Assembly: GCA_030704615.1 (NCBI GenBank)
Contig: CM060732.1
Coordinates: 81,468,001-81,532,000, forward strand
Direction: 5' to 3'
DNA length: 64,000 nucleotides
Origin: Takakia lepidozioides
Lineage: Eukaryota; Plantae; Bryophyta
The position numbers and the translations under genes are program-made. How positions within the stretch are numbered: position 1 is the first letter of the stretch; every line of letters starts with the position of its first letter. Under the pieces are notes generated by a model, which was given only the letters and a program-made list of their open reading frames with translations, made no database searches and had not been told where the DNA came from. Positions 37,478 to 57,521 of the stretch are shown here, piece after piece.

Positions 37478-38975
37478 GGTTGGTATCGCGTGAGCACAAC
37501 CCACGGTCATGGGAGTTTTATGTTTTCTTAACTTCGGTCATAGGAGTTATATGTTTCCAAAGCGGAAAAAAACCTTCACTACAGGAAAAGGGGAGGGGGT
37601 TACTAAAGCCCCCTTTTGGGGCGGGTAGAAGCCCCAGATTGCGACGCCCGGGCGTCGCAAGAATATCGTCGCTAATTTGCAACGTATGGGGTCGTTAGGT
37701 AACGCGGGCGACTTGCGACCTCATAATATATATATATATATAGCCGATTTTCACATCAAAAAACAAGCACAAAGGGGGGCTCAAACAGTGTGCATTGCCG
37801 CACACTGTTTGAGCTTCCAATTAGGGGTGTTTACAACTTGCTAGAGTGGCCGAAGGTGGCCATTTTCTCATCAAAAATCAAGCACAAAGGAGGGCTAAAA
37901 CAGTATGCGTTGACGCACAAACAGAAGAAGACGATAATGTTGTTCCAATTAGTGAAAGTGAGACTCAAAACGATAGTATTGCGAATGATTGTAATACACT
38001 AATAGAGTCGGATCCAGACTACATTCTAGCTGGCGTTGAAGGGGCCAATCCATTTGGTGAAAGAACAGAGATGAACACTGTGGATGGATTTCATTATACC
38101 GTGGATTATATAAGCGCTTCAAGCTCCGTCATCCTAGCGCGGGGCGCCCCCAGCGACGCTTTTGCAACGCCGGGGGTCACAATGTCCACCCAAAAAAAAA
38201 AAAAAAAACGGATGCGACCCCCAACGTCACAAGAAAAAAAAAACCGTCGCAACCCCCACAGCGACGCACCATCATCGCATGTCTCGGCGCCCTTGGGGGC
38301 CCCCTTTCCCCCTTCATGCCATGTTGCGACGGTTGTGCGTCGCAGCGGTCTTGGCGTCACAAAAAGCGGCCGCGGGGGTAGCGTCGCAGGCCCAGCACCG
38401 CGCCCAGCATGGGGGCGCGGTTGGCGTCGCTAAACCCCCCATTTGCAGTAGTGCATAAGCAGGTATAGATGACCGGTGCATATATACGGTACGTCTGTAC
38501 CAATTCAGCGAGGCGAAAACTTCAGTGGTGTAGCCAGAAACCCTAAACTTATAGCGGCAGACAAGTTTCGCATTGAGGAATACTTGGTGATATGGGCACA
38601 AACCTACGCAGCAGTGGGTTTCGCATTGGGAATAGCTTGAGTCGAAACTTTCTATATGAAATCCCATCACCCATAAATCCCACATCCAATTCAGGCTAGT
38701 TAGTACAGAGTTTCGTCGTGCAAAATTATCCTTCAGTGATTTCTTCTCAGGCTATTTGGTATAGAGTTTCCCTGTGAGAAATTAGCTATGGGCGAGGACC
38801 TACAATTTGAAGTGGTCTAACTGCACTCTCGCCCCTGTTATGGAGAAAAAGCCACGCTTATAGGGTAAGATGTTCATCAAGTATAGGGGCTATTTGTTCT
38901 TTATGTGTTAGTTTCGGATAAGTTTCGCCAAGTTCATTTCATTGTAGAAATTTCACAGAAATTTCCTGAAAATTC
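37478..38975 (+). mobile_element. Non-autonomous dispersed repeat, interrupted by a CACTA insertion; related copy in the opposite orientation at about 62415-63236
   Basis: ttggtatcgcgtgagcacaacccacggtcatgggag (37480) and ataggggctatttgttctttatgtgttagtttcg (38883) match the reverse complements at about 63200-63235 and 62475-62510. Confidence 0.7.
37577..38453. mobile_element. Non-autonomous CACTA (EnSpm) element, 877 bp
   Basis: Termini CACTACAGGAAAAGGGG ... CCCCATTTGCAGTAGTG. Flanks CTT/CAT form a 3-bp TSD with one mismatch. Subterminal GCGTCGC/GCGACGC motifs are repeated. Confidence 0.8.
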
Positions 38976-39136
38976 GGGGAATATGCCCTTGTGCTCATTT
39001 GAGCATGCTTACGCGCTCCCAACCTCCCTGCCAAGCCTACGATATGCGTGTCGTTGGCCACAGAGGAAAATAGACAATATGGGTGTACTTGTGCGGAAGC
39101 TGTCAGAGTGCGGACATGAGCCATGGCAAATAAAGG

Positions 39137-39420
39137 TCATCCTAAAGGGTCGCCTTGGCGAGTTCCATCCTCTGATTGAATAATGGAGCATTCACCCAGG
39201 CGAGAATGATGACTACAATAGACGGGAGTGGCGAATGCATAGAATGATTGAACAAACGGAATGAGCGGGTGGAAATCTCCCCCAGCTGAACGGAACTCTT
39301 GAAAGATAGCCGACCGTGACACGGTGTTGAAAGCATTGGTAACGTCGACCTGCAGAACCACCCAATCCGGATGAAGATGGAGGGCGGCACGAATCCCTTG
39401 AACCACCGCCTCACAACCTC
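39137..39420 (-). mobile_element. Reverse transcriptase fragment of a CRE/R2-type non-LTR retrotransposon
   Basis: GGCEAVVQGIRAAL...VVLQVDVTNAFNTVSRSAIF...IPFVQSFY...IIQSEDGTRQGDPLG, covering RT motifs DxxNAFN and GxRQGDPL. Confidence 0.75.
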
Positions 39421-40411
39421 CTAGAGTGCCGAGATCTTGGTCTGGCTTGAAGCCCTCGACAAAAAGCGGAAGGATATCCTCAGTTGATGGGAAGCTTCTT
39501 ATGAAAGTCGGTCTATGCTTCGTGCCTGGGATCATCGACATCACCAATAGACCCTTGGTGCATGTGGGCCCTCATGAACCGGCCCCATGATCAAAAGAGA
39601 CTAGTCCCTCGAGACTCATGCAGGTCTTCACAATTACAGATATAACCCATATCCCCAAAAACGTCGTAGCGAACATCGATTGAGTATTCTATCCAAAGTT
39701 GAGCGTGTGCTTGACATGAAGACTTATGAATTATAATAACATATGGCTGATTGGCCTATGCAAACCTCAAGAGAAAACCCTTTTGAAACGTCAAACCACC
39801 CACCCAGTACTATAAAGCATCCACCACAGCTGAGGAAGCTCAGAACTTATGGGACAAAGGAAAATGAAAACACAAGATGGAAAGAGAAAGTGGGCCCACC
39901 ACCACAACAAAAAACTAACTTCAATCTCCACCAATTCTCCAAAAAGAGAGTTCAATTGGTCCATTTCGTTCGTACAAACGTATAGACCCTTCCATAAACA
40001 AGACGAGCAGTAACCGTTTACGGGCTTGGTTGTTTGGAACTCACATGGGAGACTTTAGAAATATGTAGTGTTTTCAGAGAACAACTGCGAGAGGGCTTGT
40101 ATTTTGCTCAAAATCTATAACTTCCCATATATCTCACCCAAGGGTTTTTAGACTAAGACAACTGGTGTCAATACCTTTTGAATCTTACATAAAGTGATCT
40201 CCAGAAGTTTTCTGAATGTGCTAAGATTAAGATAGTGCCATCAATGTTGTGACTGTGTTGGTGTGGTGACAATACCCTCTCAATTTGCAGATGATGGCCA
40301 CTTAATGACGAGATGCACAAGTATGGTTGTATAGGTTGAATCTGCACTAAGTAGGGCTAGTTTGGGATGGTGGCTTACTTGCTTAAAGGTGGCTAGTGAC
40401 TGGTGCCACCC

Positions 40412-41044
40412 GAGGTTGGGTAGCGTGTGAGCATGCTCACGCCAGTAGGCGTGAGCACAAAGGTATTATTCTCAATATTCCAAAATACTCTAGAGAATAT
40501 GCGATTGCGAAACCAAAATGCACTCACGCAGTGAGAAATACGAAACTATGTGAAAACCGTGCTCACACGAAAAAAAATCATGAAATTAATCGTCCAAAGC
40601 TTAACTCGCGTGAGCACAATGACCCACAAATGTATCCGCCAAAACTCAAAGATTAGCGCACGTAAACAATGTGGCATTTGGTAACATTGTGTGTAGAACA
40701 TCCCCAAGAACCACCCAAAAAATGGGTTTCGCCAGCGAAATGCAAATGGGTTTCGCACGTGAAACTTGTATGTTCGCCAGCGAAACCTGGTTTCATCGGC
40801 GAAATTAGGGTTTGGTTTTTGTTTTTTCTTAAAGGTTTCTCCCTTTCAAGCTCCCTCTATATGTTTAAGTTTATATTTAGAAACGACGGAGACCCTTTTA
40901 ATGCAGAAAGACCCTATGTCCGTCTATTTATATGTATTTCCGCTAACATATATATCACCCCTATAACCGTGCTCAAGCGGCGATTTTTTGGTGCTCACGC
41001 CATACTTTGTGCTCACGATATACCAATCCCTGTGCTACCCGAAC
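40412..41044. mobile_element. MITE-like element with repeated GTGAGCAC/GTGCTCAC subterminal motifs
   Basis: Ends resemble GGGTAGC...GCTACCC. The left end gaggttgggtagcgtgtgagcatgctca also occurs as reverse-complement fragments near 38990-39030 and 58350-58395. Confidence 0.45.
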
Positions 41045-42225
41045 AATTTTGACGTTAGCCTCAAGCTTGTCCTGGTTATTTTTTCCAGAACATGAGTTCC
41101 ATTTCCCTTTAAGAAAAAAAGGGGGTATACAAACACTACTGATCTTTTTGACAACGTCCATGTAGGAAGAACTCCGTTTCATGCTGAGTCACCAACATTG
41201 GAATTCCAGTGCAAAGAAGAATGATGAATAGACCTCGTCCATTCATCTCTTGGAAGAGAGAAAGAAACGTCAGTCGGGGGTCTTCCTGGAGGAAAATAAG
41301 CCTGAAGTAATGGGGAGAGGAGATTGTGCTGAAGTCACCGTTATGTTGAGTTGACAGCTTTCAATCAATCATGTAAGCAAGAATAAATGAAGCCCGTCCA
41401 AGCTCTTCTAATTGAGGGGCACAGGTAGTGCATGACTATATCATTGAACAAATAAATCAATACCAGACTGTATTCGAGAATCATGTAGGCAAGAAAAAAT
41501 GAGGCTGGCCCGAGCTCTTCAAGTTCAGGGCACAAGTAGTGTGCATGACTATATTATTGAACAAGAACTTACAAACAGGGTTGCTTCAATACTGAAGTGT
41601 ACCTGAGTACCAATGCAGATTAAAATCTATCTAGCTTTGTATATCCGGCACTAAGTAAATATGGGTGTGTAAGTCTTGTGACTTCAAGCAATAGAAGCAA
41701 GCACACTGACGAAAAAAAATTACTTCAATTCATGGACCCTTGCCATAGTCACTCCCCATAAGCCCTCATGGAGTTGGTGGCAAGAGACACGATTCCAGAG
41801 GGTTGAAGGAAACAACTCTCAGGTTTTAGAGAGATGACCATAACTGGTATATTGAAACAATTTTTGGTAGCGAAACATTTTCTGGAAGTGACAACAGTGT
41901 AGAATATAAATGGTATAGTTTTGCTACCATGCAATATCTTTCCCCATTGGGTCTCTAACTGGAGAATCCAACTTCATGGTGGGCCCATGCTAGACATTAG
42001 ACGAAGAGAGGGTAGAGGCCACCACTTGAACCAAGGTACCCTCAAGAAACTGAAACCTTATAGCAATCAATGCCCTCCGGAAATGAGGACTCCAGAGAAT
42101 GGAGTGCGAACCATCCAAAGCTGGACTAAACAATCTACATAGGCAAAAAGGGAAGAATGCATTGAAACAGCTCTTTGCTGAGAAATCATGGGAAAAAAAT
42201 TGTACGCTTTGGCATGTAACTCTAC

Positions 42226-49381
<7,156 letters not shown>

Positions 49382-49495
49382 GGCTGACCCAACCGGCTTG
49401 GATGCAGACTCGCCTCCGTCCTCCCTCCGTCCTCCACAGACATACAGAACGGAAGCTCCCTCAAGCCCTAATCGCCATCGCGAGAAGCTTACAAG

Positions 49496-49511
49496 TAGGG
49501 TTTTAGGGTTT
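49496..49511 (-). promoter_or_regulatory. Tandem telo-box (AAACCCTA x2) upstream of the LysRS start
   Basis: TAGGGTTT TAGGGTTT on the + strand, 115 bp upstream of the LysRS ATG. Another copy lies near 50000 in the shared divergent promoter. Telo-boxes are typical of plant translation-machinery promoters. Confidence 0.6.
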
Positions 49512-50224
49512 ACACAACCTTACTAATCGATAACATGGACGAGTATCATCCGTCCATCTATAACTTTGGGAACACATTAGAGACGTTTACAAAACCTACG
49601 GGAACCTGCGAACAGGTCTTTCACCGAGATCTTTCGTCCCTGGCCCGATTGTAACCTGAGTTGGACCATTCTTTCAAATCCTGGCTTTGGAATGTAAATA
49701 GAATTACCCTTATGGTGGTATTTTTAATAGCATTACACCGATGCTTAGAGAACAACCTTCATGCTGCAAGTCTTGCGCTTCGTAGAGTTTGAGGATAGAA
49801 AGGAGCGGATTGCGTGAGATGTTGAAACTCGTTCGTCCACTCGTGGCCGGATGTCACGCCGGGTTTCGCCAGATTTCGCCGCGGGTCTGTTGAGAGACAA
49901 GCAAGGAAGGGGAGAGTGTCGCCAGGTTTCGCCGCGGTAGGTTGTGTAGGTGTCGACACCTCGAGGCGTCCGGAAGGAGGTCTTATCCTGTGCTAGAGTT
50001 AGGGTTTCAATTCGGGCCCTCCCTGTCTTTGCATGCCTCTGAGCAAGATCGATCTTGCTTGAGAGATTTTGCAGATTGCTCTGCTAGAATTCGAGAATTT
50101 GTGCGATTTGAGTGATGGGCTTTTGCCTGGAGAATGCGGAGGAAGCTCCTCCTGCAATTGTGGGAGGTTGAATGTTCCGGGAGTGCAATTCGGTGCAGGA
50201 AGTGCTGGATGAAAGTGCTGGGAA

Positions 50225-53200
50225 ATGAGGATGACGACACATGAGGCCACAACGAGTGCAAAGCTGTTTCCGAAGAAACGAAATCTGAGAGCGAGAGCTT
50301 CAGATACCGTTAGGAGTTTGAAATCGCAGGTGAAACGGTTGGAGAGACAAAGGGAGTTCTTGAGTCTTTGGAAACCAGACACGCACATTGGGGCAGATGT
50401 TGAGGGTTCCTATGTGGATGTTGAATTACGGGCCTCTGATGGTGTCCGAATTCATGCTCACAAGGCAGTCTTGGTCAGCTTTTGTGCCTTTCTCCCCATT
50501 GTTTACCTCTCCTGATTCTATCCAGAGACTGTAGAGGCGGACTTGGTAGACAGTAGGAAGATAAATAGATACTCGGATCCCTGCAAGCATGTAGCATGCA
50601 CAGTGAACTCTAAAGGAAATTGTGAACCATCTAATGAACTAGGGACTATCTAAAGGACTGAGGCATGATCATTACCCCCACAATTTCCTTGTTCAAGCAA
50701 CTACTATCAATTTCCTGGAGCCTTGCAGCCATAGACCCACCAAAGGGAGAGTCTTGTGAATGTCGTATGTCTTACTCCAATATAGTGAGGATGAACTAAG
50801 TGCCCGCTAGTCTGTCAGCCTCATGTGGTCTTTGGTAAGAGAGTAGATGTTGTTTATCCATGGAATTGAACTATTTGGGCAGGGGATGGTGGATTATGCT
50901 TCAACATGGACTCACAAGGCTAATTGCAGGTGGCCAAGTCCAAAGCATTTGAGGCGATCTTTCGAGCGGATAAAAATGTCAAGGTTTTGGAGGTACCCGA
51001 CATGGATCATGAGGAATTAAAAGCCTTTGTAAACTTTTTCTACACTGCAACTGTCAGCATCAGTGTTATGGCAGAACGGATGACCTCTTTTCTGCGTGCG
51101 GCAGACAAATATAAGGTCCATTATCTTACAGTACTATGTGAGGATGCTCTGGTGGCCAACCTTTCTAGAGAGAATGCAATCACTACTTTTGATATAGCTA
51201 AGAAGCATTGCTCCATCAATGCCAAGGAAGCCGTGCTTAAGAAGGCGATCAAAATGGGGGAACTCTCAACATTTGATGAGTACAAATTGTATTCCCAAAA
51301 GGATCCCGGATTGCTGCTGGAGCTATATGAGCAATTGTCAGAACGGATAGGGCCATTACTGGCTAAAAGACGGCGAGTCACTCCAGGCAAGTACCACTAG
51401 CAATGTACCACTAGCAATGTAGTCCACATCATCTCTGTCATGTTGCCAACCAATGTATCTGAAAATTGTAGTCTGGTAGGGTTGAAGGCCTACTATTGCT
51501 CAATATGCAACCACTCTGCAAAAAGGAAGCATAGTCACAGTGGAAAGACCAGTTCCGTAACTATTGATGATTCTGTATATGTGGGGGTGTCCGCTGGACT
51601 GGTATTGTTGCGGTGCATTGAGGCAAGTAGTCTCTGCCTGGACCACCTTAGTGCAACAATCCCTTTCAAACTGACTAGGCTCCAGAGAGGAATTTAGACA
51701 TTTGTGGGTTGAGGATGGAACCTCTTAGTACATCATCCCGTGCTGATGGATTGGTTTGAAGCCATGGCAGCAGAGTAGCCAAGGCATACCAGTGTATGGG
51801 GTCTTTCCATAACCGCAGTAGTTTACCTTTTGCTCAATGATTTTTTTGCAATTTCTCTACTGAAAGCAGAACTCGAGAAATTGTGCATTGTATGCAAACT
51901 ATTGTTCAGTGCAGTTTGAGACTTTATCCTTTTATAAAAATTTAGGGTACTTGCCATAAACCTGATTTACATTGACTTTAATGGGGTTCAACTGTGTGGG
52001 CATGTTGTGCCTAGCACCTTTTAGCAGTTTGAAAGAATCTATTCTACAATGTAGATTTGAACTGAGGCTCTTATGATGGCTAATCTATCTAGTAGTTGGA
52101 ATCCAACTTTTTCATCGAACCTGAATTTGGAAAGCCAATATAATATACAGAATAGCTTGCAGATTATGCTAAACCACTTAAAGTTGGTTGGTTTTTATTG
52201 CTTGATTTCTGCATGCAGAGAATGGCACTGGTGAGCATGAGGTGAACAATACCTGCATCATGTATGATGGGGTAAATGACAAATCAGACACTGATGAAGA
52301 TGAAGGTGAGGACGACCAGAAGGGAGATGATAAAGAGATCAAGCAAGAAGGAGAGGGCGATGCGACTTTAGGTAATTTGATGACTTTCTAAGTTTGATGT
52401 CTACGTGTCTGAGCAACAGTCTCTGTTTGTTTTGGTGGGTCCCAGTTTGCCTTGTTTTATTGCAGGATTGCTCCAGGCATAGTGTGGGACTCATCAATTA
52501 GTTTGACACACAGAATTGGCTGGTGTGCAGGAGGTTCAGTAGCCCTCAACGGATTGCCTCCGTTTGGGGGTGGTGGTGGAGCAGGGTGGTGGCCTGGAGC
52601 AGCCATTCAACCCCAGCATGGGCGACCCTTTCCTGCTGGCTATGATAAGAGCATGTATGGTCCAGGTCAGAGGCCGGCTTTTGATGGGTCCATGATGCCC
52701 AGTTCACCCTATGGTGTGGCTCCACCCTTTATGCCTCAGATGTATACTGGTGGCATTCCTAGGTGAGAGTCATGGTCTTACATTCTTCATATTTTCCTGT
52801 CCATATTAGGTTGACAGCCCATATTCATTTTTTCAGACTGACGGAGTTGGCTACAGTCTACATATTCTACTGAGGGTTGGCCAAATAATAATCATTGGTG
52901 CTCTATCATATACAATTTTGTGTAGGTTTTTTTATATTCCAATGGCTTGTAATTCAAGGTTCTCATGCATCATACTACTTGAGGGTCTGCATTACAGGAG
53001 TATGTATAAGATGTACCAGCCCAGAGTCACAATCTTGATGGGCACATGCTAGTGGCTGCTGATCTGGTGCTAAAAGAGTTCTGGAAGTGTTTCTGCCTTT
53101 CCAATTCCCGCTATTTATTCTGTTCGTTTTAAGAGGCTGGGCTCACTCTGTATACAGGTATTGTTGTAACTATTGAGTTATGAATGTGACTTGATTCAGA

Positions 53201-54352
53201 GTATTTATGGGAGCTGTGGGCCCGGGGTTGCCTAGTCCTGGGGAAAGGCCTGCCGGTGGCGAGGAGCTTGTCATTCAAGAACACAAAGGGAAGAAGATGT
53301 CAGAAGCCCAAGCCAAACTTGAGGGTAAACGGGGACAGAACTGGACTAATAGTGAGGTGGAAACTCTGATTGCGTTGAGGGGTGAAATGCATGACGAGTT
53401 TGAGAGAAACAAGCAGAAACAGGGTATGTTACCTCTTACAAACTCTTTACGTATTGGAACGTTTTTGTATGCTCTCCTAAAACCCTGAAAAGAATTGTGC
53501 AGGGACTGGTGCAGAGGGAAGTGTGCCCTGGACCAGGCCCTGTTGATGGGCACATGTAGTGGGGTTGGGCGAGGCCAACATAGGCCACATTACCTTCCCC
53601 ATTGTCCCTTTAATTTAAACCCAACAAGAGCTCTGGACCCAGACAGTTGCCTCCAATAGTGTATAGCAGGTCATGCTGTCAGCACCACTCAGAAGCCTCG
53701 TGTTCAGATTGACCCAAAGCCGTGCATTTAGCAGGAGGGGCTGGAGCTGCAGAGCACATGACTGAGAAGCAGACCTAGGAGGTCACATAGGCTAGTTATG
53801 GGCCCAGGCCAGTTTGATGGGGACCAGTGGTAAGGCTGTATTTCTTTGAGGTTAGATAGGTGGAGTAATCTGAGCACCAATTTGCTTGTTGTTTCCTAGA
53901 GAGAATTGGCTCCTGAGTCTCAAGGCAATTACAGAATTGATGAACTATGGTTCATGGTTCAATCTTAGAGGTAGTATTGAGGAAAATATCCAGTTCTAAA
54001 ATCTCATGGTTAACCAGCAGCTTTTTTTGATTGGCTTGCAGGTGTAAATACTTGGAGCAAACTCCATGTCAGGATGCTTGGAATGTGCAGAGGGTTCCGC
54101 AAAAGTGCAAATGCTTGCAAGAAGAAGTACTCTATCCTTTATAATGAATACAAAAAGGACAGAGAATCTACTAACAGTGAGTCAGGTAGCATTAACAAGA
54201 ACAGCAAGAAGTGTGCATACTTTGAGCAGATGGACATGTGGCAACTGCATAGGCCTCGTATCAAAAGCCATGCTGATGCTAGTGCTGGAGACACTACAGA
54301 TAGTCCCTGCTCTAGTAGGGAGGAGGAAATAGAGATCAAAGAGGAAGAGTAG
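50225..54352 (+). CDS. BTB/POZ - acidic - Gly/Pro-rich - trihelix (Myb/SANT-like) fusion protein; exons 50225-50473, 50930-51386, 52219-52371, 52531-52762, 53200-53423, 54042-54352
   Basis: BTB: FLSLW...YVDVELRASDGVRIHAHKAVL|VAKSKAF...DPGLLLELYEQL. GC donor CCAG|gcaagt at 51387. All later junctions are in frame. Trihelix: KRGQNWTNSEVETLIALRGEM...GVNTWSKLHVRM...FRKSANACKKKYSILYNEYKK...CAYFEQMD. Confidence 0.8.
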
Positions 54353-54736
54353 GATATGTCCATCCAACCCTTAGGCAACAGAGAAGGATATAGTAAGACT
54401 GAGGGCATGCTCAAGAATATGAAAATATAAAGCACACAAATTAGCTTTTCGACTAACCAATGCGTTCCTTCAGGGAATGGACAGCCACATGGCTTCACTT
54501 GTTGGAATTGCATACATCAATTTCCCTGATTGTCATGTTTGTGCCATACATGTATTGGTCCTCTTGAGCTAGAATTAGTCTCAAATGAAAATAGGAGAAC
54601 AGGTGGGCAGCATTCAAGAGCCTACTTGACAGTGTGTCCAAACTATTGGTCCATACTACTGGTGGATGTTTGATGTATCCCATGTTCATTTGTGCACAAC
54701 CAAGACCCCTTCAGGCCCTGAACTCTGGGTACACAC

Positions 54737-55960
54737 CAGTGTTGGACTGGTATAGGGTAAGTTGGCCTATGACCGAACAGGCGTCTATGACCGAACACCC
54801 TATTAACGCCTCTGTCAGTACCTATGACCATGTAAGTGCTGGTCCCAAGACTGTCCATTTTTGCCACTTGGTAAACAATCATTCGATATAACCCCCCCAA
54901 AAGTGTGGGTGGTCATAGGGCTCTTGGTGTATACCATTGTTGTATATAGGGTCTGGCCGGGTATCAACCAGGGTATTGAATGACCGACCCGGTTGGTATT
55001 GGCTTTTGTAATACTATGGTTAATAACCGACCCGGCTGGTATTGGCATTTCCAATACTATGGTTGAAAATCGGACCGGCTGGTATTGCCTTGGCAATACC
55101 CGGGTGCATACCCGTATTATGGGCAAAACAACCATGGTATGAATAGGAAATTGGCTTTTGTAATACTATGGTTAATAACCGACCCGGCTGGTATTGGCAT
55201 TTCCAATACTATGGTTGAAAATCGGACCGGCTGGTATTGCCTTGGCAATACCCGGGTGCATACCCGTATTATGGGCAAAACAACCATGGTATGAATAGGA
55301 AATTGGCTAGGTGCAGGGTCAGGTAAGAGGGTGCACATGTCAGGGAGGGCATGTCCAGCCCCAAGGGCATGCCACTATGCTTCATTTCTTACCACATGTC
55401 CCACCCCTGTTCTTTATTTTAAAGAATTGGTCGGATGATGTACGGACGGATTGCAAGGTGGTTTCGCACGGGATCAAGGATTTCTTTTTGTCGGAAGACA
55501 ATTTCATTGATGAATATGAGGACCTCATTGCAGATGCTAGTTTATTTGACGATGAGGAGGGTTGCAATCAGTCTTCTTTTAACTAAGCTTGCTTCAATTT
55601 GGATACTAAAATCTGCAACGTTGTTATTATGTAATGCAAAGACTGAATTTTGCAACATAATAATTAATTTCCTTGTGAAATCAACTGAAATCTTCTAAAT
55701 TCAATATATATTAATGATTTAGTGGTTTTGTTATTTTATTTTATTTATACCCGGGTTGATAACCGGCTGGTATTAGATTGGAATACCCATCCTATTGATA
55801 CCTGTCCGCAAATCGAAAATCATACTACTATTGAGAACCGGCGGGTATTAAAATTGAGAGAATCTTTCAATACTATGGAACCGGCTGGTATTGCAAATTA
55901 ATTTCTTTTCAATACCCAGACCCGGCTGGTATTAGAAAAAGTAATACCCACCCAACACTG
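54737..55960. mobile_element. hAT-like non-autonomous DNA transposon with an internal 152-bp tandem duplication
   Basis: TIR CAGTGTTGG...CCAACACTG and many subterminal ccggctggtatt motifs. 55001-55152 is repeated at 55153-55304. The internal KNWSDDVRTDC...acidic stretch may be a transposase C-terminal remnant. Confidence 0.65.
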
Positions 55961-56550
55961 GTGTATACAAGCATTCTGATTGGTTCGACTTTGAAACCCT
56001 ACAACTTTGTGTAGGATTCATGAAATCAAATACCGACCCTGGACAACCGTTTAGGCGATAATTAATTCAAAATGAAAGTGCCTAATCAATTCTGTGAATT
56101 TTTCAGATTTTGGCCTAATAGTTGGGAAATTATGGGACCAATGTGCCTAATGCCCAAAAATTCCACCAAAAAACTTGCGAGCCTCTTCTCAAGTTGTTTG
56201 CAATAAGATCAAAATTTCTTTGAACAAAAATCAATACAAATATATGCATGCGAAAATAACTAGCCTACCAGCCTACCACAACTCAAGAGTACCATTATGT
56301 AAGAGGTTTCACCATGCACCAGCATACCAATATGAAAACCAGTGTACCCAATGACCAATGTATCAAAGCCCTGAACCAGCGTGCCTACCCAATGACCAAT
56401 GTACCAAAGCCCTGTACCAACGTGCCTACACTAGTGTGGACTACCAATATTGAACTCACCTAAAGTGTGAGAGCAAAGGGAGAGCTTGCCTGTACTGGCT
56501 TGAGCCTTGGAGCACCGCGTACAACAAAGAGGGGCATTTTTAGGGTTTCA

Positions 56551-57183
<633 letters not shown>

Positions 57184-57211
57184 TTAACTAATAAACTAAA
57201 TGATTTAGATC

Positions 57212-57421
57212 TTAAATTATCATGAAATCCAGTAAATTTTCTTGATTCTTCATCTCTTTTCCATTCTCGATGGGATTTAAGTAAAATTCGGGAAGTAAAC
57301 TAAATAATTCTCGATCTGGAACTTCTTTTGGTACGATTCCTTCCGGTTGAGACAAAATTTGATCCGCTAGATTTAAATAAAATTCACGGACGTAGTTGAG
57401 AGAAGGTTGGGATTCAACCGT
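57212..57421 (-). pseudogene. chlL: chlL 3' fragment, NUPT
   Basis: Reads [49 protein letters not shown], then an apparent frameshift to [11 protein letters not shown]. It lies directly upstream of chlN, as in plastomes. Confidence 0.85.
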
Positions 57422-57521
57422 ATAGATTAATATATATCTTAAGGAAAAAATGCTTCTAAAGCGAATAAATATTTCGGCTCTTTCATCCCATCAAAATTAA
57501 CAAAATCTGGGAGACTTTGTT

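Noticed and set aside
37846-38433. 195-aa ORF
   Set aside because: It lies inside the non-autonomous CACTA element, crosses poly-A runs and GC-rich subterminal repeats, and has no recognisable domain.
52452-52530. Upstream acceptor ttattgcag| (about 52465) for the Gly/Pro-rich exon
   Set aside because: With the phase-1 donor at 52371 it gives GLLQA* immediately. Only the acceptor ending at 52530 keeps the frame.
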